DNA from: Tubiluchus corallicola
Lineage: Eukaryota; Animalia; Priapulida
DNA: 64,000 nucleotides
NCBI GenBank assembly: GCA_030141605.1
Contig: JAQGDQ010000017.1
Location: forward strand, 682,001 to 746,000
Reading direction: 5' to 3'
Positions 50,101 to 62,668 of the stretch are shown here, piece by piece. Position numbers and translations under genes: made by a program. Within the stretch, counting starts at the first letter, position 1, and every line of letters starts with the position of its first letter. The notes under the pieces were generated by a model. That model had not been told where the DNA came from and ran no database searches. It saw nothing but the letters and a program-made list of their open reading frames with translations.

Positions 50101-53100
50101 CTAGCTCTAGCTTGGTTACGACTCGCAACTGGTGACACACAGTGGTGTATTGCTAAATAAAAAGTAGGTGGGCGGCTAGTCTCAAGACTTACCATTTTAC
50201 ATTCACAAATTTGAAAGAAATTGACATTATTTAAAACCGTTTTTTGAAAAAATGAAAACAAGTAGATTTAATATTAAACCCGTGTACATTTTTAATATTT
50301 TTTATCTAATGAATACCAAAAGCAGACGTTTATTGAAATGTGAATTTTTTCTAAAAAAAAAGTGGGTGGACGGCGATCCCCCACGATCCCCCTCCAATAC
50401 ACCACTGGTGACACACAACCAAATAAAGAGTCAGATAGCGATGAAAATGTGTGACTGGAAAATTGGCATTAGTGTCTGTCCTTGTGTTCATTTTGTTTCA
50501 TGCGCATATAAGTCGACCCCCTGATTTCAGTATTGTATTTTATAGTTCTAAATTCGGCTTATATGCGAGCATATACGGTATCTGTAAACGGTCCTCTCTC
50601 AGATGCCTTATGAAACTGTCAACTGATGAAGCATTGATGGTTGATATTAAAGATGATTCGATGGTTGAACTACGCATTGCCCAAAGAAGTGTGATCTGAT
50701 GTTTGTTCTGGCTGATTACACAAATAAATTAGATAATAACCACAAAGAAGTCTGTGAGGCTGGAAAAAGTCTGTCTCTGTCAGAACTGTGTTTCCACTAA
50801 TTATTTTCAAGCAGTTCACAAGGTCGACAGTCTCATGCCTTTGCTCAAGAATAGAAATTGAAGTGGGATCCAAATCAATAGCAAGACGAATTCACCTATC
50901 CTGTGTTCTTTCAAGAGCATTCTTTTAATATACAGAGTAGCATACCGTATTGTGTATAGTTATTTTATTTTCATTTATGTCGCGCATGAAAATGGACAAT
51001 ATATATAACTTACTTTAGTTATTCCCTGTACTGGTGAATAAATGCTAACTTAAGAATGTTAGCAAATAAATACAGGGTTTGTGATGACAGTAATGCTGTG
51101 TAAAACATGTAAATTTAAACTCCTGCGATGACCATTTGACACACCCATTTTGATGATAAGTTATATGAAACAAGTTTTGATAAGACTGAGTAAAGTTTGA
51201 AAAAATAATCAAGGCATTCGTCTCTAACTAAGTAAAATTTTAAATTACAGTATTTTGCCAATAAGATTAAAAATACGTTTTTTGGTTAGTGGGTGGTGCA
51301 CCCTGGAGGTGAGTCAATGACATGTTACCAGTAGGTTAAAACGTTTTAAATAATTAATAATTTTCTTTTCTAGTTACATAAGTCTTTCAAGTAAGTAAAC
51401 AAAATGCTAAGTAATGTGACGTTTCATGGAAAGTTTTTGAGACATAATTTCACATTTCCTTTTCTGCCCTCCATTTACGTTGTGCGTATATGACGTCATG
51501 TAATGTTACCATCAGAACAATTTTGCCAGGAAATTTAAAATGCAAACAAATCAAAAATCATTTAAATCCTTTTAATGCGAGTATGATATAAGCATAGAAC
51601 TGCTATAAAGTAATATAATTTTTTAAGGTGATTTTTCTGAATCCTACTTATACGCATAGAACTGCTATAAAGTAATATAATTTTTAAGGCGATTTTTCTG
51701 AAACCTGCTTCGAGTACCCCTTTTCTTGTCCTTTAACACCATTGAATTTCTTGTATTTCGGTTGCATGACAAACAATAAATCAAGCATGAAATATAGCGA
51801 TTTGAAATTGTTATTTTATATGGCTTTACGTGCTTAACACACCTCTGCTGATATTGTGCTTTTATATTATTAGGCTGCCAAAGGTTCACAGAAAGGGACA
51901 TACTGCAACGTATGTATGACACGATTCAGCGGAGAGCTGTTACAGAATTTGGCGTGTGGCCATTCATTCTGCAATGACTGTTGGGCCATGCATTTTGAAG
52001 TTCAAGTAAGACAGGGCGTATCAACAAGTGAGTAACATACATTTACACATTTCATTTAAATCATGCTGTTAATATACTTGTTGATCATGTGATGTGCCAG
52101 TACTGATGTAATGTCCTTACTGCATGTGCCATTTTGTTTTGCGACTGTTGGACATTTTCCTCTGCAAAGGAGGTTGTGTTTTCATTGCCATGGATTTGTA
52201 GTTTGTTCGTTAACATAATTACGCAATAGTTACTTCATCGATTTCCGTGAAACTTTCTGGAGGGATGAAGTATGGTATAAGTAAGATTGCTTTCTGTGAT
52301 GGCAATGATCAATTAAGAATTGGGACAGAAGATCAAGTGTATGATTGTATGGGAAAATTCGATGTGGCATCATAATACAGCATGACAGAAAAATTGCAGA
52401 AAGCAAGTGTGTGCGTCATGTATCTTGGAATGTGAGAACAATTGGTTATATTGTAACCTCAGCTGCTGTGCAGTTTGGTAAATAATTACATTTACATTCC
52501 ATATGTCTTGGCGGAGATAGGAACCTCATTCTGATTCTAATTAATTCCCAGATTCTGTTCTGGAGCCAACAAAATACTTCTGTTTCCGTCTAATCGCCCG
52601 GATAAATCGCACACCTGGCCAGGAATTTTCCAATTTTTTTGTATTTTCATATCCTTGCTCGATGCAGTCATATAAAGGCGTATTTTTAAATTTAAAATGT
52701 AAAACGCAATAATTGTTATAACATCCTTCTTTCGGGGAACGCAGGACGCGGCCAACTCTCGGCCAGGGTTGCCCCGTTTTTATGATGCTCATTATAAAGG
52801 AGGCTAAAAAGTATGGAATTTTTCGCCAAATTGGTGTATTAACGGCCAAACAGTGTTGCAGCTTATCCCTTAATTATCAACACATATGTGCGTTCACGAT
52901 ACAAAAAAGAAACTATACAATAATCAATAATTATTCGTTAATTTAGTAATGCGAAACTAAAAGACAAAAGCGTGAAAAAATGTGCATTGAAAAAATTTAA
53001 AGCATTACTGCTAACCAGTAAGAAATAAACAAACTTTGATTTCAACTGATTTTAAATACTCCACGATTGAATACTCCAGAAAAAAGATGTTGCAGAACAA

Positions 53101-56100
53101 TGGTCACAATGTTTTCTTGCCGTTGTTTCAATGTTTTAACATTGTTTACAAATTATTCCAGTGATGGAATGCATGGCAAAAGACTGTCATCTGCTGGTGC
53201 CTGAAGATTTTGTTCTCGATCATTTGGTGAAGTCGGACCTACGTGAGAAGTACCAGCAGTTTGCTTTCAGTGATTACGTAGATAGTCACCCGCAACTCAG
53301 GTTCTGTCCTGGACCAAATTGTACGGTTGTGGTGCGAGCCAAAGAGCACAAAGCCAAAAGGGTTATGTGCAAACAGTGCAAGGCTACATTCTGGTAAATC
53401 ACTTTATGAATTAGATTTTTTAGAAGACTAACATTTTATTCTTATTACGTTGTCGCTATAGATTTATTTCGATATATATTATACAGAATTATTGGTGCAG
53501 TCGTTAATATTTGTAAGTTAAAGATTCCAAGTCTTCCTATCTACCATATACTTTTTAAGTTGCCACCTAAGGGAGCTGAATGGGTGATACACTGATAAGT
53601 CGTGGTATATGTTGAACAATACTAAGTTTGATCAGCAAAAGAATGGGTGACTGGCACGAAAACTGCCTCTTACGCTGTTTCTGCTGCCATATTGTTACTT
53701 GCTGTCAGCCTCTTTGATGGAGAATAAGACATATATTCGAACCTGGCTTAGACAGGTTAAATGTGCAATCATATCGGATAGTGAGCTGGATTTCAGTCTT
53801 GCCATAAGTGTCTACATTAAGCCATTTTGCCTTTGAGAGCTGGCACCTGACTTGTGTAGTGTGCCAAAGTATATATATATATATATGAGGTAATTATCAA
53901 CTTTATGTATATATATATATAAAGGAAGAAGCCTTTTTTGAACAGTGTACTATAACTATATGGCATATTGTCCTTTACATTTAATGGAACTGCTAAGCAT
54001 ATATTAGAAAAACTGTTTTTTACTCAAATTAGGAGTTCTCATACATAGTCTTTGTTGCTCAAATGAAGCACCTATCCTGGTTCAGTGGCTCACATGAGCC
54101 TTCATTAATGGCTAGGTTATAGTCTCGCCGCAACCATCCAGTTTGAGTACAACCTGTCGTTGAATGCTAGATTAAACCTCTAGCACTGTTTCAAATTATA
54201 TAAAGAAATTATAAAAAATTAAAGGAAAGCCAAATGGTTGTGTAGACATTAGTCCAAAATACAGTATGCTCTAAAATATTGAAAACTGCAACAGCTTTTT
54301 AAAAATCAAAGCTTAGATTAAAGAATAATTAGCTCGGATGGTTAAATTTTGTTAAACTTTCAAAGCTGTGCGTGGCTCAGCGAATCCACACAGACTGGCA
54401 ACGGCACATTTTTGTCACATTCGCTTTGCCGACAAATAGGCACGGTACCGTGATAAGCATGATCATTAACTGCAGTGTTCGTCTGTGACGTCAATGTGAC
54501 ATAAAGCTCATTTCCTTGTCATCACATCAGCATCCTATAGCAAGTTCTCTTACGCCAACGTGCTTGACGTACAGGGAAGATGTCTACCATTGCACAAACT
54601 GTAGTTAGTTTGTGATGTAAGCGATAGCTGTGTTCAGTTACCATTAATTAACTTTCCAATGTAATTATTCAAATATTAGAAACAATTAAAAACAAACACA
54701 AACATATTCTTTTTTGTTGCAGCTTCAAATGTGGCATGGACTACCATTGTCCTACAGACTGTGACACTATCAAACGGTGGATAACAAAATGTGCTGATGA
54801 TTCAGAGACTGCCAATTATATTTCTGCCCATACCAAAGATGTAAGTATATTCGTTATGTTGCAGAACAGGTATTTACGTTTAGAAAAATGTTTATATAGC
54901 AAACTTTCTAAGGTAATGTAAAACAGATTGTATGGCAAAGCAGTTATATTATCTAATGAGAGAATTTGGGTGTGTTACTGAACATTTTGTGTTCTCCTTT
55001 TTTAAAGCAGCTAAAAATTTGCTAAGGAAAATATATAATTTTTCAAATTGTTCGCTCTTGCACAAATTGTCATGGAAAATAAAATTATTTCTTTGCAAAA
55101 ATATTGTTGAGATTTTAATGTAAATGATAGCAGGCTAATGTCTATTATCCTTTAAAATGTCACAGACAAACTCATTAGCCAAAAAGTATTTCAGACACAT
55201 TTTTTCCTATTTATTTCAGTGTCCAAAGTGCCATATATGTATAGAGAAGAATGGAGGTTGTAATCATATGGTAAGCAAACCATTTTTCTGTTTGAGAGTT
55301 TGATGAAATGGTGGCTGTTTAAGCTTCTAATGCAAAATTGTCTTTGAAAGAAAATTGTCTCTGCTATAGTGGTATTTGTATAATTAGGATTTTGGATACA
55401 TTTATCCTGTGTTGCAACTATGTGCTGTTCCTTGCTAATGTTGTTTGTTCTTTTCTCTAGCAATGTTCTAAATGTAAATATGACTTCTGCTGGATGTGCT
55501 TAGGAGGTGAGTTATTGTTACAATTTAAAAAATCAGATTTTTAGTTTAGAATTTTTGTCTGAAATCTAAATTTGTCAAGGTCTTTGCAGCAAAATTGTTT
55601 AAAAAGTTTTTTATCATTTGACTATGCTTCTGTTAAGGCGTACTTTGTTTTTTTATTAGAAATTTCCTTTTATTCTTTTGAAAGTATTTGTTTTTTAGTC
55701 ACTAATGCCTGTTGCACACAAGATAAACTCTGTATGCAACAACCTTTTATGACACAGATTTTTGCTTGTGTGCATCCTTGATAAATGCTGTTTTTCCACC
55801 TTCACGTTTACAGAATTTTGTTAAACATGGTTAAATTTCTGTCGTATACAAACCCAGTCTCCTGTCATGTGTACGCTGTGTGCAGCAACAATCGGCATCA
55901 TGCAAAACCGGATCAGAACAATAAGAAGCTCTCGCTTTGTATCAAATGTTTACTGTGTTATGAGACTACCTGTTCTTCCGGTTTCTTCATACGAAAGCTG
56001 CTGTGTGCGTGTAAATTTTGTTTGTGACAGTTTACTGCATAGAGTTTCTTTGCCGCGTGCAACCAACATTATACACTTATTTCTCAGTTTGCTGCACAAA

Positions 56101-59100
56101 TGCGTGGAGATGTCAGTCCGAATTTGCCGATTGTCTGTATTAACCAATACTAAGCTGATACAGTAGGTGCCGTCTATTAGACTCACAGTAATGTAGAATG
56201 AATCGCCTAATTGTCTAAAAAATGTCTGTATGTTTGTATGTCAGGGCAGCTCCTGACATACAAACTGCACACGTATTGTTACACGCTGCTCAGTTGCACT
56301 GATATAATTATGTAAACAAAGTGACGGCCTGCCAACTAGCTGTCACCTCGCAAAACAATGGACTGTGTCCGTAGTACGCGGGACTTTTAACGGTCCATAT
56401 TTTGTCCGAAAAGCAAGATATGTGTTTAGTATTTTTATAACTATACCCCTTTGTTCATAATTATTGAATTCCACATCTTAATTTTGAGATTGAAGTTTAC
56501 ATGTTTTCCAAGTATTACTCATGCATAATTGGCACGTTGTTTAACTTATTATTTTGTTAGTTGTGACACTTGGGTATTTATTTTATTCTAGATTGGAAAA
56601 CTCATGGCAGCGAATATTACGAATGTAGTAGGTATAAGGAGAATCCAAACATAGCCAATGAATCAGTACATGTTCAAGCACGAGAGGCACTAAAGAAGTA
56701 TCTCTTTTATTTCGAGAGGGTATGCATTACTGTTATTATGTGTTTTGTATGGATAATGAGATTATCTTTGTGTAAGGCCAGTGGCTTTGAAAAGTAAGGA
56801 CTACAGTGAAAAAACTGAAAAATGCAGATTCGGGAAAATAGAATTTTTAATTTATCTACTAATTAAATAGAATTGATTTATTTATCTACTAATTAAATAA
56901 AATTAATTAGTTTATCTGCTTATTAAATAGAATAATTAATTTATTTACTAATTAAATAGATTAATTTATTTATGTACTAGTTAAATGAAATTAATTAATT
57001 TTTCTACTAATTAAATAGAACAATTAATTTAGTAATCATCAGAGGTACCTGTTTATAGTCTTCATGAAGTATCTGAAGTTGTGAGTAACGAGAAAGCAGT
57101 CTTCCGGCAAAGAATTCCACAGATATGAGGCCCGAAGATAAAATTGAATATTAAGGATCTATCCCACTATTGTCTAGGGAAAAAATATGAGAAACAGCAG
57201 AGTACACTGAGCAAACAGCTCTTTGCATTTAAGAACCAATCTAGAAAGCACTTAGGGGCATCTCCCGTGAAGTAATGATAAAAGTTTCTTATCGTAGAAA
57301 CAGATTTTTGATGAGCAAGACATTGCAGGATTGCCACTGAATGAGACCCTACCATATTGACAATATAAATGCAATATATGAGCTTTTCCACTTTTTTTGT
57401 TACATTTGCGTTGCCGACAAAAAGGCACGTACCGATTTAAGCATGATCATTAATTGCAGTGTTCGTCTGTGACGTCAGTGTGACGTAAAGCTCATTTTCT
57501 TGTCATCACATCAGCATCCTATAGCAAGTTCTCTTACGCCAATGTGCTTGACATGTAGGGAAGATGTCTACCATTGCACAAACTGTAGTTAATTTGTGAT
57601 GTAAGCGATAGCTGTGTTCAATTACCATTAATTAACTTTCCAATGTAATTATTCAAATATTAGAAACAATTAGAAGCAAACACAAACATTATTCTTTTTT
57701 TACAGCTTCAAATGTGGCATGGACTACCATTGTACTACAGACTGTGACACTTATTAATGATATCAAGTAAAAATAGGGATACAGCTCTGCAGTGCCTATG
57801 CACGAGCTGCCACACAGGAAACTGAAATTCAGACATGTTTTACAAATTTTGCCTTTAATACTTTGTTATTTTAGTGGGAGAATCACGCGAAAAGTCTAAA
57901 GTTGGAAGAGGTTACACTACAGAAGATACAGAACAGAATACAAGAGAAGGTTAGAAAGAACGAGGGAACGTGGATAGACTGGCAATACTTACTAGATGCC
58001 GCTGCACTTCTTGCTAGGGTATGAACATTTGTAATGTGTTCTCATATTCCTGTTATGCTGTTATACCCAACTGACAACTTGGCTAATGGTACAGTGAGTG
58101 CGAGAGACATTTTTATAAGTTATTATAGGAGAAACAGTTGTGTATAAGCTCTGTAACAGCTGAAGCTTTGAAGGTTAGCTCAGACATGTAGAAATTTGGA
58201 ATTCTCATTATTTCAAATGAGAATGCGGAACAAAGTGATGTGAGTCTTAAGTACAACAATTTTTACATATTATTGTTACTAACTTGTTTTAGCTCTGGAA
58301 GTTAAGTTGCAAATGTAAGATTATGTTATTATTTTGTGATTAGTGTTCAATTGGCTATGGTAGTGTAGTGCATTTGGTTCTGTTTATTCAATAGTGACTG
58401 TCTTACTACTTGAGTTATTTACTTAAGTTAAATGGCTTGTGAAAACTGTGTGATCAAATGTAATGAATTCATTTGTTTACTGTTTGCAGTGCCGGTACAC
58501 TCTACAGTATACATATCCATATGCTTATTACATGGGTAGTGGATCAAGAAAACAATTGGTAGGTTTGCCGTAACCCTACAAACTTGTTCTTCAGTTTTTC
58601 TTTATAACCAAAATGCATAAAGAAATTAATGACATGTTAGTTACTAAAATTCGGTGATTGAAAATCATATATTTGCCTTTTAGTATACTGTCTTTCAATC
58701 AAATATAGTTTTATGGTTGTTTTATATGTTTTAGCTTAGTTAGACTAAATTAGATTAGAAATTTCTTAGCTCCTATAAGAAGATTATGTTGTTTTTCGGA
58801 CTACTGTGTTAATAACATTTTATAATGGCTGATAAAACCCCTTATATCATATAGTGTATTTAGTTATAATAATGATAGATGTGATCCATTATGATAATGT
58901 AAAAACAAGTCACTGTGAAATGAAATTAAATCAAACTTTTCTTGGAGTCGATTTTTACTTAAAAATTTACATTAAGTGTGTACACGTTTTTGAGACTAGT
59001 AGGACTGCTTGGTTTTTGTGTAATTTTAAATTTAATATCATTATTTAGGTATTCAATAGTTAGTGAAAGCATTTTGAACAGTATTACTTGGTAACATTCT

Positions 59101-59676
59101 TAAATGGTTGTTTATTTAGTTTGAGTACCAACAAGCTCAGTTAGAAGCAGAAATAGAGAATTTGTCTTGGAAAATCGAGAGAGCTGAAACTACCGACCGC
59201 GGGGTAATCAAGCTATTATTTTTAACTTGTACTAATGGTCATTTAAGTAAATACTAATAGTGGTTAGCGGTTTGGTTTCAACTTGAAATTTAATTTCTTG
59301 ACAACCATTATTGTTACAAAATTACTACAAACCAAAGTTGTTACAAAATTTTTTCAGACTAATAATAAAATTGATACTAGTGATTTTGTATAGTGCTTTT
59401 CTGACGGCAAAAAAACACCACTTGTCTTTCCACTATGCTGTAGCTAGCTTACAAATTCTGTCGTGAAGAAATCTCTTTTTTAGGATTATTACAGCAAATT
59501 TGCTGTCAAGTTGTAATTAGTGGTTTAATTTGATGTAAAATTGTAGTTTTATGAGATTTCTGACACAAGTGAACAATTAATCACTGTTTGATGTCCCATT
59601 GCAGGATCTAGAAAACCAAATGGACATCTGTGAGAAGAGAAGAAATACTCTACTGCAAGATTTTCTACAAGTATAA
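47150..59676 (+). CDS. ARIH2: E3 ubiquitin-protein ligase Ariadne-2 (RING1-IBR-RING2 plus Ariadne domain), ~484 aa, 12 coding exons
   Basis: Exons 47150-47368, 49181-49318, 51874-52027, 53162-53393, 54723-54840, 55220-55270, 55461-55506, 56592-56719, 57875-58018, 58490-58558, 59120-59203, 59605-59676; 1455 nt in frame. Acidic N-terminus, RING1 [100 protein letters not shown]. Confidence 0.95.
48536..49010 (+). mobile_element. Family A Kolobok-like MITE, left end truncated
   Basis: Starts at the GATGACATCACAAACTAAC block and runs to TTAAGATTGGGTC. Confidence 0.72.
49494..50578. mobile_element. pogo/Tigger-like non-autonomous DNA transposon
   Basis: TA|CCGTATATACTCGCATATAAGCC ... GGCTTATATGCGAGCATATACGG|TA, with internal CGCATATAAG(C/T)CGACC repeats. 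No transposase ORF. Confidence 0.85.
54219..54690 (+). mobile_element. Family B MITE in ARIH2 intron 4, ending just upstream of the exon 5 acceptor
   Basis: Starts TTAAAGGAAAGCC. Reverse-complement homology to 62195-62668, e.g. GTGATAAGCATGATCA and CAGTGTTCGTC. Confidence 0.72.
56845..57030. repeat. ~30-bp minisatellite (TTTATCTACTAATTAAATAGAATT..) x~6, probable LINE 3' tail
   Basis: Units start near 56851, 56881, 56911, 56942, 56970 and 57000. Confidence 0.8.
57040..57390 (-). mobile_element. 5'-truncated CR1/L2-like LINE 3' end
   Basis: Minus strand gives [22 protein letters not shown] and, in a shifted frame, [17 protein letters not shown]...FMKTINRYL, typical of a CR1 ORF2 C-terminus. 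Followed by a tandem-repeat tail. Confidence 0.65.
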
Positions 59677-59989
59677 TTCCACATTAGACAGTGAATGATT
59701 TATGATATTTCAAGGTAACCTCTTTGACTTAAAATTTAATTTCTTGGCCATTATTGTTACAGAATTATTACAAACCAAAGTTTTTACTTAGTTTTTCAGA
59801 CTAGTAAAATTCTTTAGAATTCTTTAGAAAATTTTTTACTTGTGTGGTAAAGTATTTTGCTGTAGTTGTAAATCAAGAAATTATGGCTTTTTGTGCAGAT
59901 TGACCCAAATAACTATTTAAGGTGGCGGCTACAGTTAAAAATGAGATTGTCAATAGAGGTCCAGAAAAATAGAATGTTTTTAACTACAT

Positions 59990-60700
59990 GTAATTTACCA
60001 GTGAATGAGTGTGTCTGTTCGTGTTGTTCTTAAAGCATGTGAGTGAAACAATTTTCTGGTAAAGAATTCCACAGTTAAGCGGTCCTAGGGAAAACAACAT
60101 CTTTAGTGATAGCTGTACCAGTTCAATGTTTCATGTTAGAGGATTATATTTGATAAGCTACAGTCCCATCAGCCACAGTCACCCACATTAAGCAGACTTG
60201 CTTTTGAGTAACAGAATCCGGTTTAGGGAATGCCAGACTATGTGAAGAAGAAAAATAACCTGGGCTGCTGACAGCTTAAACCTGAAATATGACGAATTTG
60301 TAATCAATGATACCTGCTGTATTGATTGCATGATAGTGCGCAAACCAGTCTGTACAAACATGTAAAGCGTCAAAAACAGGACCCTGGGTTCTAGGATGAG
60401 CTACTGGGACCAGGAGGCATTTCCAAAATGGCGGTAGTAGAAAATGGATTGCTCTATCCTGCAAAGGTGGAAGTTTAGACTGTGTCACCATCAATATTTC
60501 TTTCATCATACCTATTCTAGGACAACAACCAACCAATGGTGAAGAGCTATTGCCAGTCAAAGTTAGACCTTATAGGGACCCATCTCTAAACTGCTTATCC
60601 ATGGGGCAGTTTAAACTCCACTGGATGCCAACTGAGTTTTCTGATGTTGACAGTTATAGCATAATTGAAATCCATCTCATTGCCAAAACTTATTATCAAG
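59990..60700 (-). mobile_element. Degenerate CR1-like LINE fragment
   Basis: Minus-strand VFPRTA*LWNSLPENCF near 60050-60100, with decayed ORF2-like frames upstream. Confidence 0.5.
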
Positions 60701-62107
60701 ATATCTTCTCATAAATTGAGTATGTTTGTTTTTTAAAACATACAAAGTGAAATTTTAATTTCAGGTTGACGAGGACAAAGTCACCAACACCTGCAGGTAA
60801 TGTTCCTGTCTGATGCAGATTGTCACAGAGGAATATTAGTGTGATACCTTTGTCATCACCAGTTAATCACGTTTATTGTTATTGGAACTGGTTGATGCTC
60901 TCTGCAACATTATGTACGGCTTAAATTTTAGTGCATTCTATTGTATTATTCAGAATTGTGGCGCTGGTGCTGATTGATGAATATTAATTACTGTGAATTC
61001 CTTATTAGTGTTACAAAATTTGCTGTAGGTTGGTTCACACCACTTTGCTCAGTGTGCTTTTGCGTATTTGATTTTGCCTGATGTGACAAACCTGAGGGCA
61101 GGACTGGAACCTTTCATTTATTTCTGCTTTAGAAATGCAAGACATCAATAAGTTTTAAATGACATGGGAGGCTATAAGAGTATACAGGCATGTATCATGA
61201 CTTCTGTTATTTGCATCCTGTGTAGCTTTTTAGAACGTGGCTAGACAGTATCCAGCACTAAGCTACTGTCTAGGCTGACAGTGAAAAACTACTAATGGCT
61301 GCTGTTGAATGGTTGTGGCACGACTGGAATCCAGTTATTATCAAGGTATAATTTTCTGAAACGAACTAACAAATTTTTATGCGCCTTCCTTGATGAATGA
61401 ATAGCCGTTTTTAATATGCTTACCCATTTGTTTTCAAGCCAGGCTTAGCACTGCTTAACTATGCAAGCCAAACACACTGTGAGCAGTTTTTTTGCAAAAT
61501 AAATAGCAAATGAGAAAGGCCGATGTTTTTGGAAAGTTTATTTGAAAACACCTTATTTGGAAAGTTCAACTTGTTTTCTTTTTGGACTTTTGCATTTTAC
61601 CCAAATGCAAATCAGTTAGAGTCGCATATACTTTGTGGCTTTCTTAGAATTGCAGATGGATAGAGACTGCTTTGTTTGTATTATGTTGTTTGTAATTAGA
61701 TTAGTTGACAATGGCACCATTCCATGTATGAAACTGTTTATGTTTATATTGTTAATTTTGATCAGTTAAGGCAATTGTAACATGAATGTATTACATGCCG
61801 TATGTGTTTAAATTTATTGCTTAATCTAAAAAGAAGTGCTTACATTTGAAAAGAGAGAGAGCACATGTCAGGTAAACCTAGCACGGTTAAGACAGCTTGC
61901 TATTTTTAGACTATCTACCTCATTGTTGTTTTCATGGCTAACATTGGTGATGTGTGTTAGAAGAATGATACCTGTTTGGTGTTAATAGTCTGAGTATGTT
62001 TGCATACAAAGTCCCTTCTTTATATTTAAAATAAACCGAAACCTCCCGGTACTTCAAGTTATCTTCTCACACCCTGGTAATGTTTCATCTTAGTCAGTTC
62101 CAAATGT

Positions 62108-62668
62108 TAAGGAAAACCGGACGATTAATTAAACTTAATCTCATTTTAATTTACTGTCCAAAATATACATTTTCTTATCCGTAAAAGTTACCAATTGTTT
62201 CTAATATTTGAATAATTACCATGGAAAGTTAATTAACGGCAACCAAATAGCTATCGCTGACGTCACAAAACTAACCACAGTCTGCGCAATGGTAAGCATC
62301 TTCCCTTCACATCAAGCGCGTTTGCATTAGCGAAGACTGCTATAGGACGCTGATTTGATGTCACTAAAGTGAGTTATACATCACACTGACGTCATGGACG
62401 AACACTGCAATTCATGATCATGCTTATCACGGTGCCATGCCTATTTGTTCACCACGCGAATGTGCCAAAAAGGTGCCATTCGTTGGCAGTCTTAGTGGAT
62501 TCGTTGAGCGGAGCTTAGCTTTGAAAGTTTAACGAAATCTAACTATCCGAGGTAATTACTATTTAATCTGAGCTTTGATTTATAAAATGTTCTTGCAGTT
62601 TTCAGTATTTTAGAGGATATTTTATTTTGAACTAATGTCTACTACACAATCGTCCAGTTTTCCTTTAA
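62108..62668 (-). mobile_element. Family B TTAA-flanked (Kolobok-like) MITE, full length
   Basis: TIRs TTAAGGAAAACCGGACGATT / AATCGTCCAGTTTTCCTTTAA. Inverted homolog of 54219-54690. Confidence 0.75.

Noticed and set aside
49556-50699. ORF cluster as a possible transposase
   Set aside because: Inside a pogo-like element, but short, low-complexity and lacking DDE/HTH motifs.
51592-51705. ~62-bp direct duplication in ARIH2 intron 2
   Set aside because: An ordinary slippage duplication with no evident function.
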